Positions 58,021 to 64,000 of a stretch of 64,000 nucleotides of DNA are shown piece by piece. The notes below the pieces were generated by a model, which had not been told where the DNA came from, made no database searches, and saw nothing but the letters and a program-made list of their open reading frames with translations. Source of the DNA: an uncultured delta proteobacterium (GTDB lineage: Bacteria > Myxococcota > Myxococcia > Myxococcales > Anaeromyxobacteraceae). The stretch lies in the NCBI GenBank assembly GCA_963814585.1, contig CAWFDF010000011.1, forward strand, positions 128,001 to 192,000. The letters run 5' to 3'. Numbering within the stretch: position 1 is the stretch's first letter; each line of letters begins with the position of its first letter. Position numbers and translations under genes: made by a program.

Positions 58021-58554
58021 ATGATGTTGGGAATGCGATCGATGGCCGGTGGCGCCTGCGCCGTGCTCCTCCTGGCCTCAGCGGCGTGCGCTGCGTTCAG
58101 GCCCCAGCCGGGCAATCCGCCCGCCCTGGGAGGGCCGGTCGACGTGACCGCGCCGGACCTGGAGGGCCAGGAGCACCGGGTCGCGGACCGGGTGGGCCAG
58201 GTCCGGATCGTCGACTTCTGGGCCTCCTGGTGCGAGCCCTGCCTGGAGCAGCTCCAGGTCCTCCAGGCGCTGGCCCGGGCCCATCAGGCCGACGGTCTCG
58301 CCGTCTACGCGGTGTCGGTGGACGAGGACCAGGCCCAGGTGGCGGCGTTCCTGGAGTCGACACCGCTCCCCTTCCCGGTCCTCTGGGACCAGGGCGGAGC
58401 GCGGCACGGAGCGCGGATCGGCATCGAGCGGCTCCCCACCACCCTGGTGGTGGATCGGGCTGGCCGGGTCCGCTTCGTCCACCAGGGCCACCGGACGGGA
58501 GACGCCGAGCGGCTCGACCGCGAGGTCCGGCTGCTGCTCACGGAACCACCGTGA
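58021..58554 (+). CDS. TlpA/ResA-family thiol-disulfide oxidoreductase
   Basis: IVDFWASWCEPC and LPTTLVVDRAGRVRFVH. Export signal. Confidence 0.9.
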   Translation: MMLGMRSMAGGACAVLLLASAACAAFRPQPGNPPALGGPVDVTAPDLEGQEHRVADRVGQVRIVDFWASWCEPCLEQLQVLQALARAHQADGLAVYAVSVDEDQAQVAAFLESTPLPFPVLWDQGGARHGARIGIERLPTTLVVDRAGRVRFVHQGHRTGDAERLDREVRLLLTEPP

Positions 58555-60280
58555 AGGAGGTGTGCTCCCGGACCAGCTCCACCTCGCCGGCGCCGGCCGG
58601 GGACTCGCGCAGCCAGTAGACCATCTCGTCCGCCTCCCACTCGTAGGGGGAGTCGCCGAGGAGGACCTTGCCGTCGGCGACCAGCTGGGTGGCCCGCGCC
58701 AGCGGGTAGCCGGCCAGGTCGCGCACCAGCGCCTCGAAGCGCCCCTGGCGCTCCGGCTGGACGAAGGCGAAGTCCTTGCGAGCCGAGTAGGCGACGTGGA
58801 AGTTCGACGGGCGGAAGGCCACGCCCCCCAGCCCGAGCCGGACGGCCATCCGCGCCAGCATGGTGCCGGCCTCCTGCGCCAGGCCCAGCCCCGGCACCTC
58901 CTGGCCCGGCAACCGGGGGCGCCGCTCGCTGAAGTGGGCCCGCGGGTGGCGCAGCGAGAGCCAGTGGATGAAGAGGACCGGCACGCCGAGGCAGCGCCGC
59001 TTCTCCAGGATCAGCTCGAGGAGCAGCTGCTCGCCGACCAGGTCGTCGGCGGTGGCGAACAGCCGGACCCGCTCGCCGGCCCCCTCGCGGTCGAAGGTGA
59101 CGCGGAAGTTCCGGTAGCCGAGCCGCGCCAGGTGCAGGAAGATCCCGTAGCGGTGGAGCGCCACCTCCATCCCCTGCGCCGTGTAGTAGCCGAGCAGCAG
59201 CCGCTGCCTCGCCGGCCGCAGCCCGAGCGACTCCTCGACGTCCTGCATGGAGAGCTCGCCGCCGTCGCCCAGCTCCGCCTGGCTCAGCTCCGCCGAGATG
59301 CCGCTGAAGCGGGTGGCCAGCGGAGAGTAGTCCTCGGGGATGGGCCGCGCCGACCGGGTGGCCACCGCCATGCCGGTGCCGGCCAGTACCCGCCAGGAGC
59401 GGCTGGAGTAGCCGCCGCCGGGGAGCCAGACCTGGGGGACGCCGTCGAGCCACCAGGCCACGGCGAGATCGCGCCGGCGCGCGCCGTGCATCGTGAGCCC
59501 GAGCCGGCCCAGCTTGTCGCCGGCCAGCACGTCGCCGCCGGCGATGACGTAGGCGAGGTCGGGACGGGGGGCGCGCTGCAACAGCCGGTGCAGGGCCGCC
59601 AGGTAGGGCTCGTCGCCGGTCCCCTCCGGCAGCACCGTCTCGTCCACGCCGGGGAGCGGCCCCCAGTCGGATCCGGAGAGGGAGCCCATGAAGGTGCGGG
59701 GGTCGTCCTTCAGGCAGGCCGAGAGGCCGTCGGGAGGGTGGGCGTCGAGGTCGAGGACCACCACGCGCCCGGTGAAGCCGCGGTCGCGCACCGCGGCGAT
59801 GGCCACGGCGATGTCGTTGACCGGGCAGAAGCCGCCGGCCACGCTGGGGCCGGCGTGGTGGAAGCCGCCCAGCAGGTTGATGGCCGGCTCGAGGGTCCGC
59901 AGCGTCTCACGGGTGGCGTCCAGCGTGCCGCCGCAGGCCAGCCGGATGGTGTCCATCAGCTCGTCGGCGCGGAGGTCGGAGGGATCGGCGCCGAAGACGT
60001 TGGCCAGCCCCTCGGGGCGGCCGAGCGACTCCAGCAGCTCGGGGGCGTGGACCCTCGAGAGCCGGTGGACGGCGATGCGGGTGGGGGCCCGGACCCGCCG
60101 CGCCGAGATGGCGCCGCAGCCGGTGAGCCACCAGGCGGCGTAGTCGGCGCGCCGCGGCTCGATGCCGATGGCCGACTCCAGCCCGCCGAGCGGCAGACGG
60201 TAGCGCGGGTCGTGCCAGAGCGTCGCCGGCCTCCGCACCAGGAGGCCGGTCAACCTCCTGACCACGGAGCCGAGGATCAT
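58538..60280 (-). CDS. Zn-dependent histone deacetylase-family protein with a large C-terminal extra domain
   Basis: GGFHHA, GGFC, DLDAH..DG, D...GDKLG and GGGY, followed by ~240 further residues. Confidence 0.88.
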   Translation of the reverse strand: MILGSVVRRLTGLLVRRPATLWHDPRYRLPLGGLESAIGIEPRRADYAAWWLTGCGAISARRVRAPTRIAVHRLSRVHAPELLESLGRPEGLANVFGADPSDLRADELMDTIRLACGGTLDATRETLRTLEPAINLLGGFHHAGPSVAGGFCPVNDIAVAIAAVRDRGFTGRVVVLDLDAHPPDGLSACLKDDPRTFMGSLSGSDWGPLPGVDETVLPEGTGDEPYLAALHRLLQRAPRPDLAYVIAGGDVLAGDKLGRLGLTMHGARRRDLAVAWWLDGVPQVWLPGGGYSSRSWRVLAGTGMAVATRSARPIPEDYSPLATRFSGISAELSQAELGDGGELSMQDVEESLGLRPARQRLLLGYYTAQGMEVALHRYGIFLHLARLGYRNFRVTFDREGAGERVRLFATADDLVGEQLLLELILEKRRCLGVPVLFIHWLSLRHPRAHFSERRPRLPGQEVPGLGLAQEAGTMLARMAVRLGLGGVAFRPSNFHVAYSARKDFAFVQPERQGRFEALVRDLAGYPLARATQLVADGKVLLGDSPYEWEADEMVYWLRESPAGAGEVELVREHTSFTVVP

Positions 60281-60558
60281 GGCGCCGGCGGCGCGTTCAC
60301 CGGCGCGGCGGCCACGGCCCGGCGGCGGGCGCGGGCGTCGAGCCAGACGCGCACCCAGGCCAGCACCACCTCGAGGGCGATCCAGCCGATGGCCAGCCAG
60401 GCGGCGATGAAGATCTTGGCGACGATCGGCACCGCCACCGTGGTGCCCTCGCGGGTGGCCGTCCCGCTCCAGAGCAGCCCGAGCGGCGAGACCACCAGCG
60501 TGTAGCCGACGATGAAGGCGAGGTAGGCGCTCCGCAGCAAGGCCATGACGAGGTTCAT
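60277..60558 (-). CDS. Small two-TM membrane protein
   Basis: 93 aa with two hydrophobic segments. Stop overlaps the HDAC ATG. TAGACT lies 7 nt upstream of the start. Confidence 0.65.
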   Translation of the reverse strand: MNLVMALLRSAYLAFIVGYTLVVSPLGLLWSGTATREGTTVAVPIVAKIFIAAWLAIGWIALEVVLAWVRVWLDARARRRAVAAAPVNAPPAP

Positions 60559-60654
60559 GGCCGGAAGTCTACCGGAACCGCGCCCGGGCCGCGTCCACCT
60601 GCCGGGGTGCCGCGAGGCCGCCGCCGTGACCAGGCGCCCGGGCTCCGCGGCGCG

Positions 60655-61284
60655 TCAGCCACCGAAGACCAGGTCCTGGGTCCGGCGCCAGGCGGGCCGG
60701 GCCAGCGTCCGCTCCAGCCAGGCGCGCAGCGCCGGCCAGGGGGCGAGGTCGAGGCCGCCCTCCACGATCAGCCACAGGTGCGGGGCGTGGGCGACGTCGG
60801 CCAGGGAGAAGGTCCCCTCCAGCCAGTCGCGCCCGGTGAGCGCCTGGTCGAGCACCGGCAGCCACCGGGCCAGCTCCTTCCGCGCCGCCTCGGCCGCGCG
60901 GGGATCGTCGCCGGTCCTCCAGAAGGCCTGGACCTGGCGGTTGGTGGCGCGGAAGAGCGGGACGCAGGCGGGTGACACATGGGCGGCCTGGAAGAAGAGC
61001 CAGCGCTGCACCGCGGCCCGGCCCTCGATGGTGGAGGGGAGCAGGCCGGCCGCCGGGTGCTTCTCGGCCACGTACCAGTTGATGGCGTTCGACTCCCAGA
61101 GGCCGAACGTCCCGTCGACCAGCGCCGGGATCTTCCCCATGGGGTTCACGGCCAGGTAGTCGCTGGCGCGGTTCTCGCCGGCGCTCGTGTCGATGAGGCG
61201 CGGGGTGAAGGGAGCGCCCGACTCGAGCAGCCCGAAGACCGACCGCGCCGAGTTGCCGGAGACCCGTCCGTAGTAGAGGTCCAT
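60655..61284 (-). CDS. Glutathione S-transferase family protein
   Basis: SGNS, NPMGKIPAL, LWESNAI and FSLAD. Confidence 0.9.
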   Translation of the reverse strand: MDLYYGRVSGNSARSVFGLLESGAPFTPRLIDTSAGENRASDYLAVNPMGKIPALVDGTFGLWESNAINWYVAEKHPAAGLLPSTIEGRAAVQRWLFFQAAHVSPACVPLFRATNRQVQAFWRTGDDPRAAEAARKELARWLPVLDQALTGRDWLEGTFSLADVAHAPHLWLIVEGGLDLAPWPALRAWLERTLARPAWRRTQDLVFGG

Positions 61285-61551
61285 GCGGGCCAGCGTAGCT
61301 CATCCGCCGGCGGCGGGCGCGGCGTCACCGGCCGCCAGCGCCGCGCGGTCCTGGCGCCGCCGGGCCCCTCCACCGCGACCCAGCGCCCGAAGGCCACCTC
61401 GCCGCCGGGTGAGGACCCGGGGTGAGCACCGGCCAGGTGGCCCGCGCCCCTGCCCGCATTCCGGGCGGCCTGCTGCACGCCACGCGAGCCTGGAGCCGTC
61501 GCGGAGGCGCCCCCCGTCCGGCGATGCCGGCATTCGCGGGTATCGCCAGGC

Positions 61552-61567
61552 TGGCACGCCTCTTGGA
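61552..61567 (+). promoter_or_regulatory. Probable sigma54 promoter of amtB
   Basis: TGGCACG-CCTC-TTGGA: consensus -24 box with a variant -12 (GG instead of GC). Confidence 0.55.
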
Positions 61568-61637
61568 AAGGACCTGCTCGAGGCGCCGGCGTCCAGCTGG
61601 AGCTCTCTCGAACCCGACCTCCGGAGGATTCACCACC

Positions 61638-62963
61638 ATGCGACGCTGGAAGAGCACGCTCGCCGCCGCTGCAGCCCTGGCCCTGGCCATCCCAGTCCTT
61701 GCCCTCGCCGAGGAGGCCGGCCCGACCATCCAGGCGGTCCAGAAGAACCTCGACTTCGTCTGGACGCTGGTGGCGGCCTTCCTCGTCTTCCTCATGCAGG
61801 CCGGGTTCGCCATGGTCGAGACCGGCCTGACCCGGGCCAAGAACGCCTGCAACATCATGATGAAGAACCTCATGGACTTCGCGGTCGGCTCGCTCGCCTA
61901 CTGGGCGGTCGGCTTCGGGCTGATGTACGGCGTCACCAGCAACGGCTGGTTCGGAACCGGGGACTTCTTCGTCGGCGGCGCCGGCGCCGAGCCGTGGACC
62001 CTGGCCTTCTGGATGTTCCAGGTGGTCTTCGCCGCCACGGCGGCCACCATCATCTCCGGCGCGGTCGCGGAGCGGACCAAGTTCTCCGCGTACATCGTCT
62101 ACTCGGTGGTGGTCTCCCTGGTCATCTACCCGATCTTCGGGAAGTGGGCCTGGGGCGGGCTGTTCCACGGCGACGCCGGCAAGGGCTGGCTCGAGCTGAT
62201 GGGCTTCATCGACTTCGCCGGGTCGACGGTGGTGCACTCCATCGGCGGGTGGCTCGCGCTGGCCGGGGCCATCGTGGTCGGCCCGCGCATCGGCAAGTAC
62301 ACGTCCGATGGCCGGGTGCGCCCCATCCCCGGTCACTCCTTGACGCTGGCCTCGCTCGGCGTGTTCCTCCTCTGGTTCGGCTGGTACGGCTTCAACCCCG
62401 GATCCACCACCACCGGCACGCCCAACATCGCCGCCATCGCGGTCATCACCACCCTCTCCGGCTCCGCCGGGGCCACCAGCGCCATGCTCTTCACCTGGCT
62501 CAAGTACAAGAAGCCGGACATCGGCATGACGCTCAACGGGGCGCTGGCCGGCCTGGTCGCCATCACCGCCGGGTGCGCCAACGTCTCGGCCGCCTCGGCC
62601 GTGGTCATCGGCCTCATCGCCGGCGTGCTGGTGGTCCTGTCGGTCCTCTTCTTCGACAAGATCAAGGTCGACGACCCGGTCGGCGCCGTCTCGGTCCATG
62701 GCGTCAACGGCGCCTTCGGCACCCTGGCGGCCGGGATCTTCAACGCCTCGGGGTTCTCCTGGAGCCAGGTCGGCGTCCAGGCCCTGGGCGTGGGCGCGGC
62801 GTTCGCCTGGGCCTTCGGGACGGGCCTGGTGCTCTTCAAGGGCATCGACCTGGTGATCGGGATGCGGGTCACCGCCGAGGAAGAGGTGAACGGACTCGAC
62901 CTCGCCGAGCACGGAGCCACGGCCTACCCCGACTTCCAGTCGGCGCACCACGACATCGCCTAG
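61638..62963 (+). CDS. amtB: Ammonium transporter
   Basis: FLMQAGFAMVETG, ISGAVAER, DFAGSTVVH, WFGWYGFN and DDPVGAVSVHG. GGAGG RBS, ATG 61638. Confidence 0.96.
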   Translation: MRRWKSTLAAAAALALAIPVLALAEEAGPTIQAVQKNLDFVWTLVAAFLVFLMQAGFAMVETGLTRAKNACNIMMKNLMDFAVGSLAYWAVGFGLMYGVTSNGWFGTGDFFVGGAGAEPWTLAFWMFQVVFAATAATIISGAVAERTKFSAYIVYSVVVSLVIYPIFGKWAWGGLFHGDAGKGWLELMGFIDFAGSTVVHSIGGWLALAGAIVVGPRIGKYTSDGRVRPIPGHSLTLASLGVFLLWFGWYGFNPGSTTTGTPNIAAIAVITTLSGSAGATSAMLFTWLKYKKPDIGMTLNGALAGLVAITAGCANVSAASAVVIGLIAGVLVVLSVLFFDKIKVDDPVGAVSVHGVNGAFGTLAAGIFNASGFSWSQVGVQALGVGAAFAWAFGTGLVLFKGIDLVIGMRVTAEEEVNGLDLAEHGATAYPDFQSAHHDIA

Positions 62964-63123
62964 CCGCGCGGCTTGCGGCGCTGGCGGGCCCTCGGACGTG
63001 CCCGGGAACCTGTCCCGGCGGCCGCTGGCGAGGTGGGAGGTCCTTGCGGCGCCCTCGGTTCACGGGGGCGCCGCCTTCCTCGTGGCGGTGGCCTTGGGGA
63101 CGGCAACGGCGCACAATCCGCCC

Positions 63124-63924
63124 ATGACGACCCCGGCCGACCTCGCCGCCACGTGCGCCGACGCCGCCCGCCGGGGTGGCGCCGTGCTCCGCGAGCGGTG
63201 GGGCCGGGCCCGGACCATCGACAAGAAGGGGATCATCGACCTGGTCACCGACGCCGACCGGGCCAGCGAGGCGGCGGTGCTCGGGCTGCTGTCCGAGCGC
63301 CACCCCGGTGCGGCGGTGCTGGCCGAGGAGTCGGGGCGCTCCGGCAGCGGGGCGCTCCGCTTCATCGTCGATCCGCTCGACGGCACCACCAACTACGCCC
63401 ACGGGCTGCCCCACTTCGCGGTGACGGTGGCGGCCGAGGACGAGCGCGGGCTGGCGGCCGGAGCCACCTACGACCCGCTGCGCGACGAGCTCTTCCTCGC
63501 CACCCGCGGCGGCGGGGCCACCCTGGGCGGAGCGCCCATCGGCCACTCCGGCCGCGGCACCCTCGTCGACGCGCTGCTGGTGACCGGCTTCCCCTACGAC
63601 ATCCACGTCGATCACCGGCGGGCGCTCGACCTCTTCGAGGCCTTCGTGACCCGCGCTCGCGGCGTGCGCCGGCTCGGCTCGGCGGCGCTCGACCTGGCCT
63701 GGGTGGCCTGCGGCCGCTTCGACGGCTTCTGGGAGGCGAAGCTGAAGCCGTGGGACCTGGCGGCCGGCGTCCTCCTGGTCCGCGAGGCCGGGGCGGTGGC
63801 GAGCGATCTCGAGGGCGGCGGTCGGATCCTCGAGACCGGCGGGGTCATCGCGGCGGCGCCGCGCCTCCATCCGCTGATGGCGGAGGTGGTGCGGGCGGTG
63901 CCGGGGGCTCCGGCGGAGGGCTGA
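63124..63924 (+). CDS. suhB: Inositol monophosphatase family protein
   Basis: DLVTDAD, AEE, DPLDGTTNY, RRLGSAALD and WDLAAG. Confidence 0.92.
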   Translation: MTTPADLAATCADAARRGGAVLRERWGRARTIDKKGIIDLVTDADRASEAAVLGLLSERHPGAAVLAEESGRSGSGALRFIVDPLDGTTNYAHGLPHFAVTVAAEDERGLAAGATYDPLRDELFLATRGGGATLGGAPIGHSGRGTLVDALLVTGFPYDIHVDHRRALDLFEAFVTRARGVRRLGSAALDLAWVACGRFDGFWEAKLKPWDLAAGVLLVREAGAVASDLEGGGRILETGGVIAAAPRLHPLMAEVVRAVPGAPAEG

Positions 63925-64000
63925 TCTCGCCGGCCGCGAGGTCCAGCCGCGCCGCCGAGCGCGGATCGACCCAGAGCCCGTCCACCTTGACGCCCCAGTG
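63845..64000 (-). CDS. 3' end of a probable M23-family metallopeptidase (truncated by the window)
   Basis: The minus frame reads HWGVKVDGLWVDP..., like the M23 (HL)HW...VDP C-terminus. TGA at 63847-63845. Confidence 0.5.
   Translation of the reverse strand, partial: HWGVKVDGLWVDPRSAARLDLAAGEISPPPEPPAPPAPPPPSADGGAAPPR

Overview
Very GC-rich bacterial chromosomal segment, most consistent with an Anaeromyxobacter-like Myxococcota (inferred from gene content and protein style). It holds about 50 CDSs. Housekeeping and envelope genes: wecA-like, wzi, ilvA, dnaE, ilvE, purL/purQ, alr, arfB, acs, ldcA-serine hydrolase-mpl, msrBA, amtB, suhB and gdhA. Accessory modules: an ECF sigma/Ser-Thr kinase-WD40 pair, a MacAB/LolCDE-like ABC exporter, a sigma54-type transglutaminase/amidoligase/circularly permuted ATP-grasp/alpha-E operon, a beta-barrel plus 12-heme cytochrome pair with an FNR-like box, and a PheS-related ligase (SrmL-like) preceded by a promoter, a leaderless 29-codon uORF and a structured leader. 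Non-coding signals: a ~180-bp TA-flanked MITE-like element with 24-bp inverted ends found at TAG stop codons (one full, one partial copy), many apparently leaderless genes, and short intergenic tandem duplications. Several genes, including essential dnaE, carry single-base frameshifts that look like long-read consensus errors. I saw no rRNA, tRNA, CRISPR array, transposase or prophage. All calls come from reading motifs by eye, not from database searches.
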